Notes: generated by a model not told the origin, from the letters alone. A DNA stretch of 64,000 bases from Podarcis liolepis (GCA_965112155.1 OZ218109.1); one strand, 5' to 3'; counted from the stretch's first letter, positions 27,791 through 39,724 are shown. A program made the numbers and translations.

Positions 27791-28280
27791 CCGGCGGCGA
27801 TATACCGAGCGCTCTTTCCGCCCCTTTCAGGGACTCGGTTAGCGCCGCGCGGGCTGGCTTCCCACCTCAGCATAGGGCGGCATCCCCTCTCGCAGGGCTG
27901 AGGCGCGGGAGGGACGGCCGTTAAGCGGCCAACGGCCGCTGGCAGAACGTTGGCGCGTTTCAACCGTCACCTTTACACACCCCTATTTCGGGAAAGCGCA
28001 GTGGAACATCCCGCGCTCCTCAAACCCCTCGCCGCGCTACTGCCCCTCGGGAGAAGCGGGCAGCTACCACCTAGCATTTCGGAAAGAGGGAGAGAAGGGG
28101 GCGGGCCTGGCTGGCCGGCCGGCGGCAAGTTTCCTATTATGCTAGGGAAGTAAGCGCCTACTGTCCTCCCCACTTCCACGCCGCCGTCAAGAGATCAGGG
28201 CCGCAGGATTCCATATTAGACTTTAGAGGCGGAGGTAGGACAGGAGACTCACTTCTTCCCCAACGCACCCCACCCCCGCC
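27791..28280. promoter_or_regulatory. Intragenic CpG island, likely promoter of the short gamma-2 isoform
   Basis: Dense CpG/GC in otherwise CpG-depleted, non-repetitive sequence; GC boxes at 27818-27824 and 28098-28105; position between exons 4 and 6. Confidence 0.75.
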
Positions 28281-28394
28281 AGCTGCTGTTGGTATTGTCC
28301 AGTGTGCATTCACCTGCACGGAAAACAGGATGAACCACTGCTCTGGTTCAGGGGAGAAGCTTCATGGTCTTGTGTCCTCCTGCCAGTCACGGCA

Positions 28395-28544
28395 CATAGA
28401 ATTGCAGAGTTAGTAGGGATCCCGAGGGTCATCTAGTCCACCCCCCCCTGCAATGCAGGAATCCTGCCCACAGCTGTCCCTGGGTGGGCTTGAACCGCCA
28501 ACCTTCTGGTTAACAGCCAGGCACACTGACCCATTGTGCCACAG
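28395..28544 (-). mobile_element. tRNA-Asn(GTT)-headed SINE with CR1-LINE 3' tail
   Basis: Minus strand 28544-28475 reads CTGTGGCACAATGGGTCAGTGTGCCTGGCTGTTAACCAGAAGGTTGGCGGTTCAAGCCCACCCAGGGACA (tRNA-Asn-like), then ATTCCTGCATTGCAG...GGACTAGATGACC...ATTCTATG. Confidence 0.85.
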
Positions 28545-28917
28545 TAAGAATGGACTGATTTGTCTGGATCTTAGTTTATCTGCAATATGATCCAGATGTC
28601 AGTTCCTCTCCTCACAGAGCAGGATGCACATTCTACAGATGTGTCGGTGACCCCAGAGTTTGGCAAGCCTACCATAATGCCTGTCCCACCTAACTTGGTT
28701 TTTCACCATCACCCTTCATTATGCGCCCACACATTGTATTCCCATTATCTGGTGTGCAACCTTGCTCGTCTTTTTCAGTTCATCCTCCAGTTGCACAAGA
28801 AGAATGAGATGGAGGTATATTTCTGCCAACCTCCACATTCAGTACACATCACCACAGAACAGATCCCACCCTGTGCACTTGTTGTTAGTCTTCAACCCCC
28901 CAGCAGAGTGCTTAAGG

Positions 28918-29275
28918 CAGGAAGGGGAAAATGTGGCCCTCCGGGTATTGGTCACTCCATCCTGACCACTGGCCGTGCTGGCTAGAGCTGATGGGAAGTC
29001 CAGCAACATCTAGAGCAGGGATAGGCAACCTAAGGCCCGTGGGCCGGATGGGGCCCAATCGGTTTCTAAATCCAGCCCACGGATGGTCTGGGAATCAGCG
29101 TGTTTTTACATGAGTAGAATGTGTGCTTTTATTTAAAATGCATCTCTGGGTTATTTGTGGGGCATAGGAATTCATCAGTTCGGCCCACCACATGGTCTGA
29201 GGGATGGTGGACCAACCCACAGCTGAAAAAGGTTGCTGACCCCTGATCTAGAGGGCAACAGGCTCCCCACCCTTG
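28918..29275. mobile_element. Older hAT-like MITE interrupted by the 29016-29245 element
   Basis: CAGGAAGGGG...CCCCACCCTTG ends; TSD GCTTAAG(G/A) at 28910-28917 and 29276-29283. Confidence 0.65.
29016..29245. mobile_element. hAT MITE (same family as 10711-10968, inverted)
   Basis: Perfect 8-bp TSD ATCTAGAG (29008-29015, 29246-29253). Confidence 0.9.
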
Positions 29276-30478
29276 GCTTAAGAAGCAAATTTATATCGGC
29301 ACAACAGATGCGTATGTTCTTATATTTTTCAACCACTCGTGGGTACATTTAACTTGCTTAAAACTTCTCATGTCCCTCACTGTAAAAGGTATTGGTTCTC
29401 CTGTTTCCATCCCTGGCTCCCCCACTTCCCAACAGTGCATATGGCTTTCCCCCTTAACGTTCAGCAGAGATGCTGAAAGGATTAGGTATCTCTGACAGCA
29501 ATGAACAGCTCCTAAAAGGTAGATACTGCACTTTACAAGTGCATTATTCATACTTTATCTGCTTTATCTCGAAAGGTCCATGGATTAACATGCTTAGTCA
29601 AACAAGTCTTAGAGCTGGGTATAGGCCCAATCTTTAAACTAATTTAAGAAATTAGAGCAAAATAAAAATGGAAAGCTTGTAAGAAAGTCTGGTTCAGAGT
29701 AGACTTTACCTGAATGGGATTTGCACAGTAACTACAAATTAGATTTATATCTTGAAAGAATATGGCACGTTATGCAATTTCATGCTTTCCTACTATTGAA
29801 GTTGGTTTTCTGTGTTTTCAACAGGCAGAATTTTAAGGAGCACAGGAAAAATTCAGAACATTGCTCATCTTTTGTAAGTGCACAGAGTTTATTTTTGAGC
29901 TTATATTATCCACTGCCAAACTTTCAGGCTTTCAGGGAAGTAGATATGCTTAACATAAGGATTCTAAATTTAAATAAGTTTAAATCACACTTCTCAACAT
30001 AACCACACACACAATCTTAACCAAATCCTTGCCTAAATATAAAGGTCTTAGTCTGTATCCAGTGGGTACTTATGCTAGGGTTAGAAGAAGGTGCACCATA
30101 ACTATGGAGTCAATGTGATCAGAACTACTTCACAGACATATTTCTACTTGTATATAAAATCTGACACCTCAATTCCCCCATCTTACTCTTCCACAGTCAG
30201 TCACCTCAAATATGCCTGGGGAGTTGCTGCTTCCATCAATCACCCATTTCCAAATTCTTCCAAAATATTTATAGTCTCACTCAATCCTTATTCAGCCCAC
30301 GGCATCATTCATATTCTTTCACAAGGCAATAGTGTATCTGCAACCAGAACCAAGTAATTGTGGAAGAAAAATGCACAGCTCCCTTTGTCTATGTAGAATT
30401 GGCTCAGGGAGCAAAATTCAGAGACTGTTACTTCAGGAATGTTATCACATACTCTCAGGTTCTGAATGCAGAGTAACT

Positions 30479-30479
<1 letters not shown>

Positions 30480-30526
<47 letters not shown>

Positions 30527-30794
30527 TTTATTTATATCCCGCCCTCCCCAGCCGAAGCCGGGCTCAGGGCGGCTAACAACAATAAAACAGTACAGAACTA
30601 CAACACAACACTCCACTCTAAAATCATTCATTATAAAATTAATTCAAATCAAGCCACTGGCAACCATTGGGCCAGAGCTCTGCGAAGATTGCCGAAGGAG
30701 GGAGTCAGGCTGTGCCCTGGCCAAAGGCCTGGTGGAACAGCTCTGTCTTGCAGGCCCTGCCGAAAGATGTCAAGTCCCGCAGGGCCCTAGTCTC
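30480..30794 (-). mobile_element. L2-type LINE 3' end with (TTA)n tail
   Basis: (TAA)15 on the plus strand; minus strand encodes ETRALRDLTSFGRACKTELFHQAF, typical of an L2 ORF2 C-terminus. Confidence 0.75.
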
Positions 30795-31098
30795 ATACAA
30801 ATTTGTTCTACACACAGAACAGGTCCACATACACTCTGTCCTCTATCTGTTTTTCTGGGATTACTGTTCTAATGCACATGCTTAGTGCACATTTGATAAA
30901 ACCATTAGTTACTTGAAATGACTAAACCTGCAAGCTTAACACAAACATACTCAGAAGTAGCTTTCCTCCACTGAAATAATTCAAGGCAGGAGCTGCAGAA
31001 AAACCACGGTGCAGATCAGCTGAATAAATGATAGGCATATAAAGCAGCAATTCTTGTGGAGCAAGCTTCACAGAACTCAGAGGGACTCATTTTGCATA

Positions 31099-31244
31099 GC
31101 CTGGATAGCTCAGTTGTTTAAAGCAAAGTGCTGATAATGCCAAGGTTACAGGTTTGATCCCCGTAAGGGACAGCTGCTTATTCCTGCATTGCAGAAGGTT
31201 CGACTAGATGATCCTTGTGGTCCCTTCCAACCCTGATTCTATGA
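31099..31244 (+). mobile_element. tRNA-Ile-headed SINE with CR1-LINE 3' tail
   Basis: TAGCTCAGTTGTTTAAAGCAAAGTGCTGATAATGCCAAGGTTACAGGTTTGATCCCCGTA (tRNA-Ile-like, GAT at 31133-31135), then the same ATTCCTGCATTGCAG...GGTCCCTTCCAAC...ATTCTATGA tail. Confidence 0.85.
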
Positions 31245-32620
31245 ATAAGCATGTTTAGGATCTTGCTGCAAGCAGTGCTCAGCCTTATGCAAAACAAGGC
31301 TTTTCAGCAATGCACAGTGGCCAGTGATCTAATTTCTATGTTCTATGAAGTATAAAAAGTCAAGAGCAGGTTTATTGGCTTTTCAGACAAGGTAACAGTT
31401 GCTTTAAGAATAAACATAACTCTTAATACGTTTCTACCTTTCAGAAGACAGCCTGGTCACACTTGATTTATGCAGAGATTCCATCCCTACCCAATACTTG
31501 TCCTTCGAAGCTCATTGGGCAGATACACCAGCCTTAAGAGAGTCCCTTTTATCTTCACACCCCAAAACATGGTTTTCCAGTGTAGTGTTTCAACAACATA
31601 AGCAACCAAACACACAATGCAGGAGACGAGGTTTGCCAGGGTGACCGAAACCTCTCCTGAAAGGTTCCTTCAATTTCACATCTTCCTAACCCCTTCATCT
31701 TTTGCCTGCCAGTTGTCAGTTTGGATCTTAAGGGTCATAACTGTTGTTACACGGTTCCTTAAGTGTTTTTCCTTAGAGAGAGACAGAGCCAGCAATTTCC
31801 TGCAGGGCTCAGATGCTCCCTGAAGCTTCTGTCTGCCACCAGCCACTGAACTTCAATGAGAGTATTCATTTTCCTCGGAAACAGTTCTCTCTCCCCTGCT
31901 GTGCTGTGGCAGCAGATGCCACTGCGGCTTAGGAATGCCCCTGGATGCACAATGCGGCACTTCAAAAGGAGCCATAGTGGCCATGCAGAGAATACAGACT
32001 TTTCTTGAAGTCAGCGCACAGGACAGGAACTACCAAAGCCCAGCAAGTCCCTAAATTAGGAACCTAACAGAATGTTAATTAAAAACAAAAGAGATGTTAG
32101 GCATTCCTCCCGAGCATCAGAATATAATTGCAACTGACGAGACCAGAGCAGAGCAACGGCCCATCTAACTTCAGTATCCAAATCCCAAAAAATGACCAGT
32201 TTCAGAAAGCCCAAGGGAGGGAAATAGGAAACCTATAAAAGATCCCAGGCCAACTCAGCAATTTGTGCTTGCAGAAATAAATCTGCAAGTCATTCTAGTA
32301 CTCGCCAGTCCCACACAGGTATGCTAATAACCCCAGATGCCAAGTCCTTCCAGCATCATTTGTGGCAGAATAATGACTTGAAAGTGAACTTCAAGCTGCA
32401 CCGATAATGACTGCAGAAGAAGCTATTACTCTTTGCAAGACATGAACTGGGAGGTACACTAGTCCAAAGCCACTCTTTTAAAGCAAAAGGAAGTGGTAGC
32501 TGAAACCTGCAGGGAGGAAGTATTTACCATTTATGTTCCTATTCTGCATTTTTGAAAAGCCTCATAAGATTATTGTCAAATGACTAACTTGGATTTGGAT
32601 TTTTTAAAATTCTTGCTGAA

Positions 32621-32674
<54 letters not shown>

Positions 32675-32811
32675 TTATTTATACCCCGCCCATCTGGCTG
32701 GGTTTCCCCAGCCACTCTGGGCGGCTTCCAACAAAATATTAAAATACAGTAATGCATCAAACATTAAAAGCTTCCCTAAACAGGGCTGCCTTCAGATGTC
32801 TTCTAAAAGTC
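32621..32811 (-). mobile_element. L2-type LINE 3' end with (TTA)n tail
   Basis: (AAT)18, then tttatttataccccgcccatctggctggg; colinear with 52382-52741. Confidence 0.78.
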
Positions 32812-33142
32812 ATAACATCACAACTTAAAGCCATGCAGGTGTAATTCCAGTTGCTGCTTCTACTGGGCACACCATAAAAGTTTCATCGGCTCAGTATTAA
32901 TGCAAGCAACCCCAAAACACCCAAGGCTGCATGCAGATGTTCTTGTTCTTGGATCTCCTACTGTGGACTTGCACAATAACATACTAATACATTCAAATTC
33001 CAAGATCAATTTGCTGCCTCACCACAACAGACCAATAGTCACACCCACCCAAACACTTCCTAGTTATGTTCTTTGGGCAGCATAGTATACACTCAGAATG
33101 CTACTTTTCCTAGGCATATGCAATCTGACAAAATGTGGAATA

Positions 33143-33477
33143 CAGTGGTGCCCCGCAAGACGAATGCCTCGCAAGACGGAAAACTCGCTAGACGAAAGAG
33201 TTTTCCGTTTTGGAGGTGCTTCGCAAAACGAATTTCCTATGGGCTTGCTTCGCAAGACGACAATGTCTTGCGAGTTCCTGCTGGTTTTTTTCCTCCCCCC
33301 CCCTTTTTCTAAGCCGCTAAGCCGCTTATCAGCTGATCCGATCAGCAGATAAGCCGCTAAAAGCCGCTAATAGCGCTAATCCTCTAATCCGTCAATGGGC
33401 TTGCTTCGCAAAACGAAAAAACCGCTAGACGAAGAGAATCACAGAACGGATTCTTTTCGTCTTGCGAGGCACCACTG
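33143..33477. mobile_element. Tigger-like MITE, family B
   Basis: TIR CAGTGGTGCC(C/T)CGCAAGACGAA; TA TSD; CpG-rich, so probably young. Confidence 0.88.
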
Positions 33478-33480
33478 TAT

Positions 33481-33646
33481 ATGAAGAAGCCTTGCCATTG
33501 GCCTCATCTTGGATCAGTATGGTCTACACTGATGGGCAGTGGCTCTCTGGGGCTTTTGGAAAGGGGTATTTTCCAGTCTTATGTGGAGGTGCCATGGATT
33601 GAACCTGGGAGCCTCTGCATCGCAAATATGTGCTCTATCACTGAAT
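33481..33646 (-). mobile_element. Degenerate tRNA-Ala-like SINE (same family as 5321-5500)
   Basis: Shares the gtctacact...ggcagtggctctc body and a tRNA-like head. Confidence 0.55.
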
Positions 33647-36600
33647 TCTGTTGCCAGGATGGCATCAGCAGTCTCCATATCTCCAGCTGTCTCTCAAGAT
33701 ACTTCCTATTAAGCAAATAAGGGGCTTGTCCACACCGGACTGGACTGTGAACTTGAGTCCAAGATTTCTGGGAGCCATCCTCAACCAGAACCCAGCCATC
33801 ATTTGTTATTGAGTGAAATTAGATTTCCTCAACCCTGGGAAGATCTGAAAAGCAAAGCAAAACCCAAAACAAATCCACTGGTGCTGTTTGCATTCTCTTC
33901 AGTTAAGGCAGCACCAGAAAGATCTATGCAATCTCAGAGTGAGGTGGGGGCATGGGGGATTGAGAATCTGGAGTTTGTATGCAGAGTGGAAGGTAAAAAA
34001 GGACATTTTTCTCTGCTTCCCCACTTCCAGCCACTTGCTGAAGACTGGAGAAGGGACCCGCATGAGAATATGATGGGAGGGGGAGCATGACTTTGCTTTT
34101 GAAGGCTGATGAAGATTTGTTTGTGGGGCCACCTTAAGCCTTGTTGAACCTTGCAAGTGGTTGGAGCAACATTGAACCGGCTCTGATTTCTGAAACTGTT
34201 ACTAAGCCGTGCATTCATTTTGGGATCCTGCCCTTGTGTGGACCAGTCTGTTGTGTGCACTTGTTACATGTTACATGTGCAATGAGCCTGCACAACATGC
34301 GACTCGTCAGGTTGACTGCAGGCTGCATAATGCAGCAAAAGCTGGTGCTTGACAATTCCTGTAGTACATTCACTTCAGCAGACTGGGCCACATGTGGTGC
34401 AGGCCTAGTGCATACTAAGAGTATTATGAGACACTTCCGCTAATCCTTATGAGAGTCGCTGGGCATAAGAGTCAGACCAAGTTACCCATTCTCATGCCAA
34501 ACCTATTTGGATTAGTTTCATGCTCTCCGATAACCTTGAGATATATATATCTTTCACTTGCTGCATTAATGGTTTCACTGACCTTGTGCAATTGATCTGC
34601 ATTTTGTTGCCAGTGAGGAGACAGTTTCTTGGTACCTGCCTTTAAAGTTGTGTTGTTTGTCAAGGGTTGCAGCTCTCATTACACTGATAAGGCACATTCT
34701 CCATTTCCTGGATTTCTCTGCTGAGGACATCCAGAGCACATTTAGGCCACTCTGATTTTTAAAATATTGATAATTTTAGGAGCGGACTTTGAATACAATG
34801 TTGCCAACATACTGAAGCGCCAAACAAAAAGTGTTAAAGAAATAACAGAGTCTAAGCCACAATTTTCATTATCACAATACTCACGTTAGAGCTATGGATA
34901 GCCGAGTTATATGAAATATGAAAATATAATTGTTTTGCACCAAATGCATTTTACAAAATGCAGGATAAATATAGTCCAGTGCTGTTTCTCTTCTGTGCTT
35001 TCTTTTGGAGCAAGACTGCTTTTATGGTGGAGTTATTACAACCGAGTGTTTGCAATCAAAATGCTGATCCAGGCAAAATCACCACACAATAATACTAACC
35101 CCCACCCAAGGGCTGTTTGAAGTAATAAAATATGGATCAGAATAAAATTAAAGTGCTTCTGTAATGGAAGAATATGAGCTGCAATTCAACTAACTTGAAG
35201 GCCCTGGCTTTTATCCCAAATACTGCTAAGCTTTTGAGTAGGAAATAGAATCCAAAGTACTACATCCTGCAAAGTCTTTTAATTGTGTACCAATACACAA
35301 TGTAGTGTAGTGCCCATGGAAATAAAACTTATACAAGGTTAACAGTTAAAGTTCTCCCCAAAGAATCTTGGGCATCATAGTATTTACGGCAATGCCATTT
35401 ATTCTCTGAAAGCGATAGCTAGCCTTCTTCACAGAAAGTTACTTCACAAGAGTCTTTAGAAAGAGAATGACAAGCTAAACCTGTCTAAGACTATAGTGCA
35501 GATAAGTCCTTGTACGATTATTCACTGCATGGTTAGTCACTGGCAAAAGATCAAGCTTTGATAACATAGCGTATCTTCATTGCATGTTTTGCAAACGGTT
35601 TGCAAAATATCTGTCCAAAACAGAATTTATCTTTATTGCACTAAACAAACAAACAGCACACAAGAACATCCTAGCTATAGAACAAAAGAAAAGGATGAAT
35701 TTGTGCTGCTTTCACCACACTGAAAGTGCTGTTTCTGCACATAATCTGCAGCAAATTCCATGTACATCAGGGTCAAAACAAGCTTGAGGCATGATCCAAT
35801 ACAAGCCCCATAAAGCCAGAACTTCTGAAGACTTTCCCAAACAGAGCTCGCCACAAGGAGACTGAAAACTCACTTGGGGTAGGGGGTGGGAAAGAAAGGT
35901 CTTGCAAATCCAAAGCCATGGATGTCACCCAAAGGTGCTAAGTTGTGTTTCCTCCAACAAAACAAAATCTTAGTTTAATATTGACTCTCAAATGCCAATC
36001 CAAATTTCTTTCAACTGAAGCTGTAACGCAAGCCCAAAATTCTGATACTCACAAGTATTGCTTCCAACTTTATCTCTAATTCAAGTTGCCCATCATAACT
36101 ATTCACTGTGAACTGAGGTTCTGACAGCTAGCAGAAGCATACAGTATATTGCAGCCATTTAGAGAGAAAAGGAATGTGGTTCTTAATTGATCGGTGATGT
36201 GGTAGTGTTGTGTTGTATTATTTATGCAAATTGATTTCCTCTGAAGTTAAATATCTGACTGGGACAAACCTTGTTACGCTGAGCTCGTATTTTGCACAAT
36301 TTGTATACAGTGTCTGTTTGATAATGTGTGGTTTGCTATGCCTAATAAAGGATATTTGATATTAGAAAAGGAATGTGTGCATGGTGGAGAAGCCAGGACT
36401 GCAGACTGCAAAAAGTCCTACCTAGACCCTGCTCTAATCTAAGCCATCAGCAAATCCACCCTTATGTCACCAAGTTCTTCCTCAGGAAGGAAGTTTTGCA
36501 CCACATTCCAGGTTGTACACTCGTACAGCAAATTCACTCATACAATGTACATCATCCTGCCTACATTAGTATCTGCATTTTCAATGTGGCAGTTTTAAAA

Positions 36601-38763
36601 CACTAGGTCTACCTAAAAATTAAGGCATCTCAAGCCAGCAACATGTAAGTACCTCAAATGCAACAATTAAGTACCCCTTTCAGTAGAGAAAAAGTGACAA
36701 AATAATGGGCTCCATATGCTGATATCAGTTATATCCTGTTTGTGTAATATTCTTGCTTTTCAAGGAATGAAAAAGTTGGCGTCTCAACAGACAAAATGAC
36801 TTTCATTTATAACATACAGAATGCACCCAAGCAAATGGTGTTTTGAGTAATTCCAGTGGTTACATATTAATCTGCTATGGCTGGGTAGAGGCTCAAGAAT
36901 CTTGTTTTAAAGCCAGATCCGCATGACAGAGAGTTACTCAAGCACTTCAAGAAGAGCCATGGGTGCCCTTTATTAACAGTTGACCTTCCTTGATACACAA
37001 AACACTTCTTTCAAAAAACCTGTTTCCACCAAAAACACAGAAGCCAATAAACTAATGGCTTCAGCATTATGCTCTAAATATGTCTCTGCAACTAAGAATG
37101 TCATACTAATTTTTAATTTCCCTCCCAGTGCTTCTTAAGAAGTAAACACACACACACACCCCTACCTTTTTTAAAAAAGCTTAACAGACTAAAGTCTAAT
37201 GAGAAGGAATTCCTATCTAAATGCAAATCAAGGTACACCAATCTTGAATGCACAAATAGTTACAAATGGAACTTTTCCCACCATCTGTGAATGAAACATG
37301 CCACAATTTATAGCTTTTGCACATGCTTCCAGTTCTTCTCTCTGAAATAGTCATGTCTAAACCATGGTGCTTCCAACTCAAACTGTGCAAGCCTCAAACC
37401 TTCCTACTGTGTAGGAATATATGCGTTTCAAGTTAAATTGAGAATATATATACTTATTCTTGGATCATCTGGCACTATTGGTTTTGCTCCAGTAAAGTCA
37501 AGAGATGGAGACAAAACAAGGGTGGCTCTTCTGCTCAAATGGCAAAGAAAGTGACTAATGGTTGCACTGCCCAGGTGAACTGGACAGGTGGAGTTATTTT
37601 TGCATTCACTGGCACCAAAGCGGACAGCTTTCGGGCCTTGCAGTGATTCAGCCACTCAGCGGCAGCAGTCATTACAACCTTCTCCTTCCCATCAGCCTGG
37701 CAAACAACAAGCCTTGTATTTTATCTTATTGTACAGGGCTTATTTAAGTCTTGAGGTTGTCTTCAGGATGGAACAGACATAGCATACTAGTGACAGGACT
37801 GGGAAAAAGAAGAAGAAAAAGAAGAAGAAAAAGAAGAGAGTCTTGGGCTAGAAGAGCAGAGGAAGGGTACACATAATCTTGAACTTTTTCCATTGCATAT
37901 CCATTGCTAAACAGCCAAGAAATGTTACATCTGCACTGGCCCAATCAAATCACCGACATTTAGGACACATGCATTTAAGATCCTCTTTACCTTTTGGCTT
38001 ATTATGAGCCTGAAAAAAGCACGTCAGTCAGTCATGAGAAGTGCCATTCCACTTTCCCCTTGAGAAATGAATCAGCTGTCCATCCCAGCGACTGGCCTAA
38101 GGCAGCACTGCAGGCCCTAGCCAGAACTAAGTTAATTGCAAATCTGCCAAAGGGGTGAACCAGGCAGAGCTGATGTTAATGGCTTCTCGGCAGCATAAAG
38201 CAATGGAGCTAATGAGGAAGAGATTCGCAAAAATTGTACCTGGAGACAGGCTTTGTAGAAATATAACTGATTCAAGTGATATAAATTACAATTAATCGTG
38301 TAATCCAGTTTAGGAGGCTGGCAGAGAGTTTTTCCTTTCACTCTGCAACTTGCGGGAGGAAAACGGCCATCTGTTTCATTTATTTAGCAGACGTATTGCA
38401 GGACGTGAGACTCCTTGTTCAAGGGCTCCCTGAACAGATTAGTCCCCCCGTAGTTTATTTTGCAGCGAGTGTAAAATGTCATTCAGTAAAGTACAAAATC
38501 TCTCTTGTGGCTTATATAATGCCTGTGCAGTTGTGGGGTTTGAGAAAAGGTGTGTTAACAGTGCACACGATTATCGGTATAGCAGCCCAAGATACTGTTT
38601 GAGTAGCCAGAATTCACTTATTAATTAAAACCATTTATATACCGCCTTCCATGTAAACATCACAAGACAGTGTGCAAGAATACATTAAGGTAAACAAATT
38701 ACCGTAGTCCTTCAGGTCAAAACAGTTGTATTAAGTAAACTAAGTATTAAGCTAACAAATACA

Positions 38764-38907
38764 GGATAGCTCAATCGGTAGAGCATGAGAATCTTAATCT
38801 CAGGGTCATGGGTTTGAGTCTCAAACTGGCGAAAGATTCCTGCATCGCAGGAGGTTGGACTAGATGACCCTCGTAGTCCCTTCCAATGCTAGAGTTATAT
38901 GATTCTA
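38764..38907 (+). mobile_element. tRNA-Lys(CTT)-headed SINE with CR1-LINE 3' tail
   Basis: TAGCTCAATCGGTAGAGCATGAGAATCTTAATCTCAGGGTCATGGGTTTGAG (tRNA-Lys-like, CTT at 38793-38795), then ATTCCTGCATCGCAG...GGTTGGACTAGATGACC...GATTCTA. Confidence 0.85.
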
Positions 38908-39075
38908 CTTTTGCCGACATTGAAATGCCATCAGTGTCGGCAGCTGCCTTAATTCAGAGGAATCCAAATAGAATGTTTCAGTGTATAACAGTTCTAACAA
39001 GGAAGGCATATACAAAGAGAGGGACAGTTTTGGTTCTGAAACAGATGAAGGGAGCTGGAACTATATCTTTATCTA

Positions 39076-39605
39076 CTGTATTTTTCGCTCTATAGGACGC
39101 ACCTGACCATAGGACGCACCTTGTTTTAGAGGGGGAGAACAAGAAAAAAAAATTCTCCCCCTCTCTGTTCAGTGCCCATTTAGTGAAGCGGCAGGAGAAA
39201 CAGAGCCCCTTCCATTTCTCCTCCCGCTTGGCTGAAGGGGCGCTGCGCAGCTCTCCCTCTCTGCTGAAGCCAGGAGAGTCTTGCTCTCCCGGCTTCAGCA
39301 AAAGGAACCCGAAGCCTTTGGAGAGCAGCGCGAGGTCCCACTGCGCTCCAAAGGCTTCAAGTGGCTATCCCTGAAGCCTGGAGAGCGAGAGGGGTCGGTG
39401 CGCACCAACCCCTCTCGCTCTCCAGGCTTCAGCGAAAGCAACGCAAAGCCTCCGGAGCACAGAGGGAGCGCTCCCTTTGCGCTTCGGAGGCTTCGCGTTG
39501 CTATCGCTGAAGCCAAGGAGCCTGCATTCGCTCCATAGGACACACACACATTTCCCCTTAATTTTTGGAGGGGAAAAGATGCGTCCTATAGAGCGAAAAA
39601 TACAG
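39076..39605. mobile_element. Tc2/pogo-like non-autonomous DNA transposon (530 bp)
   Basis: 26-bp TIR CTGTATTTTTCGCTCTATAGGACGCA; TA TSD; opposite orientation to 14458-14982. Confidence 0.92.
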
Positions 39606-39607
39606 TA

Positions 39608-39646
<39 letters not shown>
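39608..39646. repeat. (TATC)n microsatellite
   Basis: Directly visible, adjoining a MITE. Confidence 0.95.
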
Positions 39647-39724
39647 ACAATAAAATTATGTGGCATAAGAATGTAAGAAACAGCCATAAGACAGCTTTTC
39701 TCTTCAAAGAAAATCTTTTGTGTA

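Noticed and set aside
27791-28180. Exon 5 within the visible CpG island
   Set aside because: The minus-strand ORFs covering it give no MLEKLE-like peptide, and I saw no fitting splice-site pair.
30332-32828. Poly-Ile ORFs
   Set aside because: Translations of (TAA)n L2 tails.
28475-38830. Functional tRNA-Asn, -Ile or -Lys genes
   Set aside because: Acceptor stems and B-boxes are degraded, there is no oligo-T terminator, and each is fused to a CR1 tail.
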